Source: Allosphingosinicella sp. (GTDB lineage: Bacteria; Pseudomonadota; Alphaproteobacteria; Sphingomonadales; Sphingomonadaceae). Taken from it: a stretch of 64,000 nt of DNA. Shown here piece after piece: positions 9,883-18,685 of the stretch; positions within the stretch are counted from its first letter, which is position 1, and each line of letters begins with the position of its first letter. The DNA is taken from contig DASVSZ010000030.1 in NCBI GenBank assembly GCA_036387855.1, positions 802 through 64,801 of the forward strand, given 5' to 3'. A program made the translations under genes and the position numbers. The notes under the pieces were generated by a model, which did no database searches, was not told where the DNA came from, and saw only the letters and a list, made by a program, of their open reading frames with translations.

Positions 9883-10734
9883 CTAGCCGTTGACGATCGT
9901 GCCGCCGTTGGGATGCAGCACCTGCCCGCTCATGTAGCTCGAATCCTCGCAAGCGAGGAACAGGAAGCTTGGCGCGACTTCGTTGGGCTGGCCCGGGCGA
10001 CCGATCGGCGTGTCCTGGCCGAAAGTGGCGAGCTTTTCCGGGGAAGCGCCGCCGAACGGGTTGAGCGGCGTCCAGATCGGGCCTGGCGCGACCGCGTTGA
10101 CCCGGATGCCGTGCTCGATCAGGTTTTCGGATAGCGAGCGCGTGAAGGCGGTGATCGCGCCCTTGGTGGCCGAGTAGTCGAGCAGTTCGGACGCGCCCTG
10201 GTACATGGTGACCGAGGTGCAGTTGACGATCGCCGAGCCCTTTTTGAGGTGCGGGCGGGCGGCCTGCGTCATGAAGAACATGCCGAAGATGTTGGTCTGG
10301 AACGTGCGGCGCAGCTGTTCTTCGCTGATGTCGGTGATGTCCTTGTCGGGATGCTGCTCGCCGGCATTGTTGACCAGGATATCGAGACCGCCGAGCTTCT
10401 CGACGGTTTCGGCGACGGCGCGGTCGCAAAAGGCCTTGTCGCCGATATCGCCGGCGATCGTGATCGCGCGACGGCCTTCCTTGCCGACGATTTCCGCCGT
10501 CTTGGCGGCATCGTCATGCTCGCACAGGTATAGGATCGCCACGTCGGCGCCTTCGCGAGCAAACAATGCGGCGACGGCGCGGCCGATGCCGCTGTCCGCG
10601 CCGGTGACCAGCGCGACCTTGCCTTTGAGGCGATCCGAGCCGGGATAGCGCGGCTGCCATTCCGGCTTAGGGCTCAGTTCGCTTTCATGCCCGGGCAAAT
10701 CGTCCTGATGGACCATGGGTTCAATGTCGGACAT
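9883..10734 (-). CDS. SDR oxidoreductase, general stress protein YdaD/YghA type
   Basis: TGADSGIG, NNAGEQH, YSATK, APGPIWTP; AAGGAG SD before ATG 10734. Confidence 0.9.
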   Translation of the reverse strand: MSDIEPMVHQDDLPGHESELSPKPEWQPRYPGSDRLKGKVALVTGADSGIGRAVAALFAREGADVAILYLCEHDDAAKTAEIVGKEGRRAITIAGDIGDKAFCDRAVAETVEKLGGLDILVNNAGEQHPDKDITDISEEQLRRTFQTNIFGMFFMTQAARPHLKKGSAIVNCTSVTMYQGASELLDYSATKGAITAFTRSLSENLIEHGIRVNAVAPGPIWTPLNPFGGASPEKLATFGQDTPIGRPGQPNEVAPSFLFLACEDSSYMSGQVLHPNGGTIVNG

Positions 10735-10739
10735 GGGAC

Positions 10740-10958
10740 TCACTCCTTTGCAGCGATGCCGGCGCCTTCCTGGCCGAACGCCTCGATGGTGGATTCATCC
10801 TGGGCATCATGCTCTGGCGCGTGTTCCACCGGCGTCGGCGCCCCGGCCTGGCCCAAGGTCTCCGAGTTGCGGCTGCCGTCCTCGGGATCGTCGGACATCG
10901 CATTGTTCTGATTTTGCGTATTCTGCTGGTTCTTATAGTCGTGCTGGCTCTTGGACAT
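10740..10958 (-). CDS. Small acidic hypothetical protein, probably general-stress type
   Basis: AAGGAG SD; MSKSQHDYKN...GAGIAAKE; tightly linked to the SDR gene. Confidence 0.7.
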   Translation of the reverse strand: MSKSQHDYKNQQNTQNQNNAMSDDPEDGSRNSETLGQAGAPTPVEHAPEHDAQDESTIEAFGQEGAGIAAKE

Positions 10959-10983
10959 GATTTGCTCCTTCGCTTGAAGAGGC

Positions 10984-11009
10984 AAGCGCCCAAGGCCGGT
11001 CGCGGTTCC
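10984..11009 (-). promoter_or_regulatory. Putative EcfG (sigma-T/RpoE2) promoter, GGAAC-N17-GCTT
   Basis: Near-consensus motif 25 bp upstream of a stress-type two-gene operon. Confidence 0.55.
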
Positions 11010-11132
11010 GCTTTCACTTCGGGCGAGCGCGGCGTTCCCGCCATTCGTCGCAGCACGGGCTTGAACAGGTGTTACAGATGTGACAGGCTTGCTGCATTAG
11101 TTCACCGGCACACCGGGCGAGTAGGGGGTAAT

Positions 11133-13220
11133 ATGTGCTTGACGAAGCGGCAGGGGGCGTATCTCGCCGCGTTATTGGGCTCTGCGATGCCGGGGATCGT
11201 GCACGGCCAGGAAACCGGCGACGCGCCGCCGCCGACACCGACGCTGCCGGCCAGCGTCGAGGGTTCGAAAAGCTACACGCCGGCGGATTTCGTCCGGTTC
11301 GCGCCCCGGACCGCGCTCGACATGCTGCGCCAGGTGCCGGGCTTCACGATCGAAGGCGTCAGCCAGGAGCGCGGCCTCGGCCAGGCGAGCGGCAACGTGC
11401 TGATCAACGGACAACGCATTTCCGGCAAGTCGAACGACGCGGTGACGGAGCTTGGCCGAATCTCGGCAAGCAGCGTCACCCGGATCGACATCGTCGACGG
11501 CGCGACGCTGAACGTCGCCGGCCTGTCGGGCGAAGTCGCCAACGTGATCGTCAAGGCGGGCGGGGCGAAGGGTCAGTTCGAGTATCGGCCTGAATTTCGC
11601 GCCCGCAATACCGATCCGGTGCTGACCCGCGGCGCCGTCTCGATCAGCGGCGAAACGGGGCCGATTGGCTATACGGTGGGCCTGCGAAATGATGCCAGCG
11701 CCGGCGGCGCCGACGGCCGGACGCGAGTGCTCGGCCCCGACGGCGGAGTGCTCGACGTTCGCGAGGAATATTTCTCGCAGTTCGTGAACCAGCCCAAATT
11801 GAGTGGCAGCCTCAAATATGACGGGCCGGGGACCCAGGTCGGAAATCTGAACGGCTCGTTCCAATATTTCCTGCTCGACTTCCTCGAAGTCTCCAACCGG
11901 TCCGGGCCGGGCCAGGTCGATCGGCAGCGCCGCTTCGTCCAGACGGAGGACGAATATAATTACGAGATCGGCGGCGATTACGAATGGGCGCTTGGCGTCG
12001 GGCGGCTCAAGCTGATCGGGCTGCACCGGTTCGAGCACAGCCCGTCCGTGACGACGTCGGTCATCTCCTTCGCGAATGAGGCGCCCTCGACCGGAAATCG
12101 TTTCACGCAGACCGGCGACGAGAGCGAAACCGTCGGCCGCGTCGAATATCGCCTGAAGAGCGGCAGGAGCGATTGGCAGTTTTCCGGCGAAGCGGCGTTC
12201 AACAGCCTCGACAACGTCTCAAGCCTGTTCCTGCTCGGCCCGGACGGCGAGTTTGTGGAAGAGCCATTGCCGGGCGGGACCGCCAAGGTCACCGAACAAC
12301 GCTACGAGATCGCCGCGACCTACGGGCGGACGCTTTCGCCCAAATTGTCGATCCAGGCATCGCTTGGCGGCGAATATTCGAAACTCGAGCAGACCGGCGA
12401 GTTCGGCAAGAGCCGGACCTTCTATCGCCCGAAAGGCTTCGTCTCGGCCGCCTGGAAGCCGACCCGGACCTTGGACGTGAATGCCAAGCTCGAGCGGCGA
12501 GTCGGCCAGCTGAACTTTTTCGACTTCCTGGCGTCGGTGAACCTAGGGGGTGGAAGCCAGAATTTGTCCAACCCGGACCTCGTTCCCCCGCAGAGCTGGG
12601 ACGTGGAAGCGCAGTTCGTTAAGAATCTCGGGCGGTTCGGCAACACGAACTTCAAAGTTTACGGACGGCTGATCGACGACATAATCGACCAGGTGCCGAT
12701 CGGCGACGCGGGCGAGGCGCCGGGGAACATCGAACGCGCGACGATACTGGGCATCGACTGGCGCAGCACTTTCCAGCTGGAGCCGCTCGGCCTCAAGGGC
12801 GCGAAGCTGGACACCAGGCTCGAGCTGGTGCGCACGCGGCTCGACGATCCGCTGACCGGCATTCCCCGGCCGATCAGCGGCGAGACGGTGCGCTATGCCG
12901 AAGCCGTGTTCCGCTACGACATCCCGGACAGCGACTGGGCGCTCGGCAGCTCGGCCTCGCATTTCAAGCCGTCCAAGATCGTGCGGCTGCGCCAGCTGGT
13001 CTATGCGAATGAAGGCCCGGTGTTCCTGAGCGCCTATGTCGAGAACAAGGACGTGTTCGGGCTGACCGTGCGAGCCACGCTCGGCAATCTGCTGGACGCC
13101 AATTCGATCCTGGACCGCGTCAATTATGTCGGGCGGCGCGACGGGCCGGTCAGCTTCGTCGAGGAGCGGCGGCGCAAGATCGGGCCGATCTTCTCGTTCG
13201 CGATGAGCGGATCGTTCTGA
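11133..13220 (+). CDS. TonB-dependent receptor-like outer-membrane beta-barrel protein
   Basis: Signal peptide, plug-like DMLRQVPGF/VLING, NPDLVP motif, C-terminal Phe. Confidence 0.85.
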   Translation: MCLTKRQGAYLAALLGSAMPGIVHGQETGDAPPPTPTLPASVEGSKSYTPADFVRFAPRTALDMLRQVPGFTIEGVSQERGLGQASGNVLINGQRISGKSNDAVTELGRISASSVTRIDIVDGATLNVAGLSGEVANVIVKAGGAKGQFEYRPEFRARNTDPVLTRGAVSISGETGPIGYTVGLRNDASAGGADGRTRVLGPDGGVLDVREEYFSQFVNQPKLSGSLKYDGPGTQVGNLNGSFQYFLLDFLEVSNRSGPGQVDRQRRFVQTEDEYNYEIGGDYEWALGVGRLKLIGLHRFEHSPSVTTSVISFANEAPSTGNRFTQTGDESETVGRVEYRLKSGRSDWQFSGEAAFNSLDNVSSLFLLGPDGEFVEEPLPGGTAKVTEQRYEIAATYGRTLSPKLSIQASLGGEYSKLEQTGEFGKSRTFYRPKGFVSAAWKPTRTLDVNAKLERRVGQLNFFDFLASVNLGGGSQNLSNPDLVPPQSWDVEAQFVKNLGRFGNTNFKVYGRLIDDIIDQVPIGDAGEAPGNIERATILGIDWRSTFQLEPLGLKGAKLDTRLELVRTRLDDPLTGIPRPISGETVRYAEAVFRYDIPDSDWALGSSASHFKPSKIVRLRQLVYANEGPVFLSAYVENKDVFGLTVRATLGNLLDANSILDRVNYVGRRDGPVSFVEERRRKIGPIFSFAMSGSF

Positions 13221-13230
13221 GTCGATGATC

Positions 13231-13295
13231 GTGCTCCTGCGAAAGCAGGAGTCCAGTCGCTGGACGAAGTGGGGCTCCTGCTTTCGCAGGAGCAC
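13231..13295. repeat. REPIN-like doublet, family A (GTGCTCCTGCGAAAGCAGGAG ... CTCCTGCTTTCGCAGGAGCAC)
   Basis: Two inverted GAAA-loop hairpins; 5 copies in the window. Confidence 0.92.
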
Positions 13296-13301
13296 AAACG
13301 T

Positions 13302-13607
13302 CTACCGGCTCGCCAGCTGCTGGCGCTTGTGGCTGGCGCGCTGGGGCTGCTGGACCGGCATCGGCCCGCCTTCGGGAAGGGCGACGTCGTTCGACCAGAC
13401 CACGGCCGCGGCGGGCTGGGCGGCCGGGCGGCATTGAGCGACGACCACCGGGTAATCGGCGTCGGAATGGCGCATCAGCGTGTCCTCGGACGCGGCCTGG
13501 CAGGCTTCGACGCTGGAATATCGCGGCTGCGCAACCGCCACCTGCTGGCAGGCCGTTTCGCCTTCGCCGCAGCCCAGGATCGCAAGGACGAAATATGCCG
13601 GACCCAT
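13302..13607 (-). CDS. Small Cys-containing, probably exported hypothetical protein
   Basis: MGPAYFVLAILGCGEGETAC; four Cys; hydrophobic N-terminus. Confidence 0.65.
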   Translation of the reverse strand: MGPAYFVLAILGCGEGETACQQVAVAQPRYSSVEACQAASEDTLMRHSDADYPVVVAQCRPAAQPAAAVVWSNDVALPEGGPMPVQQPQRASHKRQQLASR

Positions 13608-13717
13608 GACGCTCTCCACTCGAACTCGCTCTGCCAAACAACTGGCGAATCAGTCAGTTCCCGATGATATGCGAGACTAGCTTGGGGGCGGGCGCGCGCA
13701 CGCCTACATAGACGGAG

Positions 13718-15538
13718 ATGCCTTCTCCAGCGACCAAGCCGCGAACCAGCACGGAGGCGGGCTGGGGCACATTGCGGCGCTTCATTCCTTATCTGTGGCC
13801 GACGGACGCGCCCGGGCTTCGCGCGCGCGTCGTGATCTCGTTCGCGCTGGTGCTGGTGTCGATCGCGATCACCACCCTGATCATGCCGCAAGCCTATGGC
13901 GAGGCGGTCAACCGGATGACGGAAGGCGCAGAGGCGGGCGTGGCGATCGCGGTGGCGTTGGTGGTCGCCTATGCCGGCGCGCGGTTCGGCGGGGTGCTGT
14001 TCGACAACATGCGCAACGCTGTGTTCGAGCGGGTCGGGCAGGAGGCGACCCGGCGGCTGGCCGAATCGACCTTCCGGCACCTGCACGATCTGTCGCTGCG
14101 TTTTCATCTGGAGCGGCGCACCGGCGCGGTTACCAAGGTGATCGAGCGCGGCACCAAGAGCATCGACATGATGCTCTACTTCCTGCTGTTCAACATCGCG
14201 CCGACCATCATCCAACTGGCGTTGGTACTTGGCCTGTTCTGGGTGAAGTTCGGCTTCGGCCTGGTCGCGGCGACGCTGGTGATGGTGGTCGCCTATATCA
14301 GCTACACGCGGATCGTGACCGACTGGCGCACGCGGCTGCGCGCCGAGATGAACGATCTCGACACCGGCGCGGTCGCGCGGGCGGTGGATTCGCTGCTCAA
14401 TTTCGAGACGGTGAAATATTTCGGCGCCGAGGACCGGGAAGCGCGACGCTATGGCGAGGCGACGTCGCGCTATCAGGAAGCGGCGATCAAGAACGAGACG
14501 TCGCTGGCCTGGCTCAATGTCGGCCAATCCCTGATCACCAATCTGATGATGGCGGGGGCGATGGCGTATAGCGTGTGGGGCTGGAGCGTCGGCCGGTTCT
14601 CACCCGGCGACGTGGTGGTGGTGAATACGCTGCTCGCCCAGCTGTTCCGCCCGCTTGACATGCTCGGCATGGTCTATCGCACGATCCGCCAGGGCCTGAT
14701 CGACATGGAAGCAATGTTCGCGCTGGTCGATACGCCGGCCGAAGTGGTGGACGCGCCTGGCGCGCCCGATCTGCGGGTCGGCGCCGGCGAGGTCCGGTTC
14801 GAGCGAGTCTCCTTTTCCTACGATCCCGAGCGGGCGATCCTGCACGACGTGAGCTTCACCATTCCGGCCGGCACGACGCTGGCGGTGGTCGGCCCGTCCG
14901 GTGCCGGCAAATCGACGCTCTCGCGGCTGCTGTTCCGCTTCTATGACGTCACCGCCGGGCGGATCACGATCGACGGGCAGGACATTGCGGAGGTGACGCA
15001 GGCGAGCCTACGCCGCGCGATCGGGATCGTGCCGCAGGACACGGTGTTGTTCAACGACACGATCGGCTACAATATCGGTTATGGCCGCGAAGACGCGGGC
15101 CAGGCGCAGATCGAGGGCGCGGCGCGCGGCGCTGCCATCCACGATTTCGTGGCCGGGCTCCCCGACGGATACGATGCCATGGTGGGCGAGCGCGGCTTGA
15201 AGCTTTCGGGTGGCGAGAAGCAGCGGGTGGCGATCGCGCGCACCCTGCTGAAGGACCCGCCGATCCTGATCCTGGACGAGGCGACCAGTGCGCTGGACAG
15301 CCGCACCGAAGCGGCGATCCAGGAAACGCTGCACCGGATCGAGCGGGGGCGGACCAGCATCGTCATCGCCCACCGCCTGTCGACGATCGTCGATGCCGAT
15401 CAGATCGTGGTATTGGACGCGGGCCGGATCGTCGAGCGCGGCAGCCATGCGCAATTGCTGCGGCATGGCGGGCTGTACGCGGAAATGTGGAACCGCCAGC
15501 AGAGCGAAGGCGAGGAGGAACGCGAAGCGGCGGAGTGA
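13718..15538 (+). CDS. ABCB-family Atm1/HMT1-like exporter (permease plus ATPase)
   Basis: FHLERRTG, DSLLNFETVKYF, GPSGAGKS, LSGGEKQR. Confidence 0.92.
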   Translation: MPSPATKPRTSTEAGWGTLRRFIPYLWPTDAPGLRARVVISFALVLVSIAITTLIMPQAYGEAVNRMTEGAEAGVAIAVALVVAYAGARFGGVLFDNMRNAVFERVGQEATRRLAESTFRHLHDLSLRFHLERRTGAVTKVIERGTKSIDMMLYFLLFNIAPTIIQLALVLGLFWVKFGFGLVAATLVMVVAYISYTRIVTDWRTRLRAEMNDLDTGAVARAVDSLLNFETVKYFGAEDREARRYGEATSRYQEAAIKNETSLAWLNVGQSLITNLMMAGAMAYSVWGWSVGRFSPGDVVVVNTLLAQLFRPLDMLGMVYRTIRQGLIDMEAMFALVDTPAEVVDAPGAPDLRVGAGEVRFERVSFSYDPERAILHDVSFTIPAGTTLAVVGPSGAGKSTLSRLLFRFYDVTAGRITIDGQDIAEVTQASLRRAIGIVPQDTVLFNDTIGYNIGYGREDAGQAQIEGAARGAAIHDFVAGLPDGYDAMVGERGLKLSGGEKQRVAIARTLLKDPPILILDEATSALDSRTEAAIQETLHRIERGRTSIVIAHRLSTIVDADQIVVLDAGRIVERGSHAQLLRHGGLYAEMWNRQQSEGEEEREAAE

Positions 15539-15545
15539 ATGCAGT

Positions 15546-15672
15546 TCCTCCCCGGGAAGGGGAGGGGGACCAGCCGCAGGCTGGTGGAGGGGGTTCTCCA
15601 TGCGCGCAGCCTTCGGCTCCAAACCCCCCTCCACCACGCTACGCGCGGTCCCCCTCCCAGTCCCGGGGAGGA
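15546..15672. repeat. Long palindromic element, family D (TCCTCCCCGG..GGGGAGGGGGACC ... GGTCCCCCTCCC..CCGGGGAGGA)
   Basis: Terminal inverted repeats with internal hairpins; relatives at 21639-21780 and 24264-24373. Confidence 0.85.
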
Positions 15673-15690
15673 TCGGCTAAGCGATCCTCC

Positions 15691-17451
15691 GTGACGCCAA
15701 CCGACATCCTCCGCACCACCTTCGGCTTTCCCTCGTTCCGTGGCGTGCAAAGCCAAGTGGTGGACCGGGTCATGGCCGGGCGGCACACGCTCGCGGTGAT
15801 GCCGACGGGGGCGGGGAAGTCGCTGTGCTACCAGGTCCCGGCGCTGGCCCGGCCGGGCACGGCTTTGGTTATCTCACCGCTGATCGCGCTGATGCACGAC
15901 CAGATCCGGTCGGCGGACGCATTTGGAATCAAGGCCGCCGCGCTGACTTCGGCCGACGACAATCGCGAGGAAACCGTGGCGCGGCTGCGGCGCGGCGAGC
16001 TGGACCTGATCTATGTCGCGCCGGAGCGCGCCTCGGGGGAGAGTTTCCGAAACCTGCTTGCCCAGGTGCCGCTGGCGCTGGTGGCGATCGACGAAGCGCA
16101 TTGCGTGTCGGAATGGGGGCATGATTTCCGCCCCGATTACCGCCTGCTGCGGCCGTTGCTGGACAGCTTGGGCCAAGTGCCGCGCCTGGCGCTCACCGCC
16201 ACCGCCGACCGCCAGACCCGCGCCGATATCCTGCGCCAGCTCGGCATTCCGGAGGACGGGCTGATCCTCGCCGGCTTCGACCGGCCCAACATCCGCTACC
16301 ATGTCCGGCCGCGCGACGGGGTGGGGGCGCAGGTCAAGGCCTTGCTCGCCGAGCAGCCCGGGCCGGGGATCGTCTATGCGACCAGCCGCGCCGCGACCGA
16401 GAAGCTGGCCGAGCAGCTGGCAGCGGGCGGGCGCAAGGTGCTGCCTTACCATGCCGGGCTCGACCCGGGGGTGCGGGCGCGCAACCAGGCCGCGTTCGTC
16501 GCCTCGGAAGACATGGTGATGGTGGCGACGATCGCGTTCGGAATGGGCATCGACAAGCCGGACGTTCGCTTCGTCGCCCATGCCGGCTTGCCCAAGTCGA
16601 TCGAGGCTTATTACCAGGAAACGGGCCGCGCCGGGCGGGACGGCGATCCGGCACAGGCGCATCTGTTCTGGGGCGCGGACGATTTCTCGCGCGCCCGGCG
16701 GCGGATCGAGACGGAAGTGCAGGAGGAACGGCGCGGCGGCGAGCGGCAGCGGCTGAACGCGCTTGCCGCGCTGGTCGAGACGCCCAACTGCCGTCGCGCC
16801 CTGCTGCTGCGCCATTTCGGCGAGGAGCCAGCGCCGGGTTGCGGCAATTGCGACACTTGCCTGGCGCCGCCCAGCACGGTGGATGCGACCCAGGCGGCGC
16901 GCAAATTGCTGTCGGCCGCGTTCCGGACCGAAATGCGGTTCGGGATCACGCATCTGGCCGAAGTGCTGGGCGGCAAGGATAGCGAGAAGGTGCGCAGCTT
17001 CGGCCACGACCGGTTGTCGGTGTTCGGGATCGCGGATGCGGACGAGCTTGCGCTGCTGCGGCCGGTGGCGCGGGCGCTGATGGCGCGCGATGCGCTGCGG
17101 GCGGACGAATATGGCGGCCTGTCGTTCGGGCCCGGCGCCAAGGCGCTGCTGAAGGGCGAAGAGACGCTGGAATTGGTGTTGCCGCCCCGCCGCGAGCGCC
17201 GGTCGCGCCGGGGCCAGGCGGAGCCGGACGGCGATCCGCTGTTCGAGGCGCTGCGGGCCTGCCGCCGCGACCTCGCCAAGCAGTCGGGGGTTCCGCCATA
17301 TGTGATTTTCCACGACAGCACGTTGCGCGAGATGGCCGAGCTCAAGCCGACCAGCCTGGGCGCGCTCGGCCGCGTGTCGGGCGTGGGAGAGGCGAAGCTG
17401 GAGCGATACGGGGCGGCGTTCGTCGCGGTGGTGAGGGGGTTTGCGCAATGA
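15691..17451 (+). CDS. recQ: ATP-dependent DNA helicase RecQ (alternative in-frame GTG at 15535)
   Basis: MPTGAGKSLCYQ, DEAHCVSEWGHDFR, QETGRAGRDG, CGNCDTC, HRDC domain. Confidence 0.96.
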   Translation: MTPTDILRTTFGFPSFRGVQSQVVDRVMAGRHTLAVMPTGAGKSLCYQVPALARPGTALVISPLIALMHDQIRSADAFGIKAAALTSADDNREETVARLRRGELDLIYVAPERASGESFRNLLAQVPLALVAIDEAHCVSEWGHDFRPDYRLLRPLLDSLGQVPRLALTATADRQTRADILRQLGIPEDGLILAGFDRPNIRYHVRPRDGVGAQVKALLAEQPGPGIVYATSRAATEKLAEQLAAGGRKVLPYHAGLDPGVRARNQAAFVASEDMVMVATIAFGMGIDKPDVRFVAHAGLPKSIEAYYQETGRAGRDGDPAQAHLFWGADDFSRARRRIETEVQEERRGGERQRLNALAALVETPNCRRALLLRHFGEEPAPGCGNCDTCLAPPSTVDATQAARKLLSAAFRTEMRFGITHLAEVLGGKDSEKVRSFGHDRLSVFGIADADELALLRPVARALMARDALRADEYGGLSFGPGAKALLKGEETLELVLPPRRERRSRRGQAEPDGDPLFEALRACRRDLAKQSGVPPYVIFHDSTLREMAELKPTSLGALGRVSGVGEAKLERYGAAFVAVVRGFAQ

Positions 17452-17852
17452 TCAGGCTGAACGATCGGGTATTCGTCGCGGGGCAGATCCGGACGGAGGA
17501 CCTGCCGGGGATCAAGGCCGCCGGCGTGAGCGGGCTCATAAACAACCGTCCCGATGGGGAGGAGCCGGGACAGCCGAGCAGCGCGGAGATGGCGGCGGCC
17601 GCCGAGGCCGCGGGGCTGAGCTATCGGCATGTTCCGATGGCCGGCGGGCTCAGCGCCGCGCTGGTGGGGGAGATGGCGGATGCGCTGGCACAAGGAGAAG
17701 GGTCGCTGCTCGCCTTTTGTCGCTCGGGGACGCGATCGACTTACCTGTGGGCGCTCGCGGAGGCGCGGCGTGGGGCGGACACTGAGGATTTGATGCGTAA
17801 GGCGGCGGAGGCGGGCTACGACCTGAGGCCGATTGCCGCGTACTTGACCTGA
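17448..17852 (+). CDS. TIGR01244 / DUF442 sulfur transferase (phosphatase-like)
   Basis: INNRPDGEEPGQP, FCRSGTRS. Confidence 0.9.
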   Translation: MIRLNDRVFVAGQIRTEDLPGIKAAGVSGLINNRPDGEEPGQPSSAEMAAAAEAAGLSYRHVPMAGGLSAALVGEMADALAQGEGSLLAFCRSGTRSTYLWALAEARRGADTEDLMRKAAEAGYDLRPIAAYLT

Positions 17853-17859
17853 GGAGCTG

Positions 17860-17926
17860 GTGCTCCTGCGAAAGCAGGAACCCAGACGCGGGCGCCGGAG
17901 ATGGGCTCCTGCCTTTGCAGGAGCAC
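17860..17926. repeat. REPIN-like doublet, family A
   Basis: GTGCTCCTGCGAAAGCAGGAA ... CTCCTGCCTTTGCAGGAGCAC between convergent genes. Confidence 0.9.
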
Positions 17927-17929
17927 GGG

Positions 17930-18142
17930 CTACTCGGCGGTGGTTGCTGCGTTCATGATCCGGCGCGCTTTCGCGACATCGTCCTCGTCTACCATCAGCC
18001 GGACCGGGACGACGCCGTCGAGCCCGCCCCAGTTCATCTCGGTATCGAACAGGATCGCGTCGATGCCATCCGCGTCGAGCGCGGATCGGACCACGGCGGC
18101 TTCGAACGGGTTGTAGAAGCGGGCGAGCTCGACCAGCGCCAT
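17930..18142 (-). CDS. DUF2007 family protein
   Basis: 70 aa; EAAVVRSALDADGI...VRLMVDEDD pattern. Confidence 0.8.
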   Translation of the reverse strand: MALVELARFYNPFEAAVVRSALDADGIDAILFDTEMNWGGLDGVVPVRLMVDEDDVAKARRIMNAATTAE

Positions 18143-18685
18143 CTACCAGGGCACCACGTCGCCCGCCGCGATCTCGTCGGGGCGGGGCGTGCGGCCGAGG
18201 ATCGCGTTGCGGTGCGGGAAACGGCCGAACCGCTCGATGACGTCATGATGCTTGCGCGCGAAGCTCAGCTGGAAATCGTCCGACAGGCTGCCGAATAGCA
18301 GCAGCGAGCGCTGCTGATCCGCCAGCTCCTCGCTATGCTGGAACGGCATGTAGAGGATGCCGCGCTCGGTCTCGGAAAGTTGCTCGTCCAAACCACGCGC
18401 GATCGCTTGCTTCGCGACCGAGAGCCCCAGCAGGTCGGTGGAGAACTGGTCGGCATGCCCGCGGAACATGTTTCGCGGCATCTGATCGAACAGCACAACG
18501 GCGGCGAGAGACTCGCGCGCGGAATGGAGAAAGGACTCAGCGGGCGAGCCGCGCTGCGTCTCCCAGACCTCCAGAAACTGCTCGCGCACTCGCGCGTCCA
18601 GATCGGGATCGGCCTTGAACCAACGCTCCTTGCCCAGGCCGAACCAGAAGCCCAGGATTTCGTCGATGCAGGGCTCCGAGATCAC
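18143..18685 (-). CDS. DUF924 family protein
   Basis: ILGFWF, DQMPRNMFR, YMPFQHSE, FGRFPHRN; GTG overlaps the tldD stop. Confidence 0.9.
   Translation of the reverse strand: MISEPCIDEILGFWFGLGKERWFKADPDLDARVREQFLEVWETQRGSPAESFLHSARESLAAVVLFDQMPRNMFRGHADQFSTDLLGLSVAKQAIARGLDEQLSETERGILYMPFQHSEELADQQRSLLLFGSLSDDFQLSFARKHHDVIERFGRFPHRNAILGRTPRPDEIAAGDVVPW

Noticed and set aside
11070-11085. NifA upstream activator sequence (TGT-N10-ACA)
   Set aside because: The pattern fits, but there are no nif genes or clear sigma-54 promoter; kept only as a generic operator candidate
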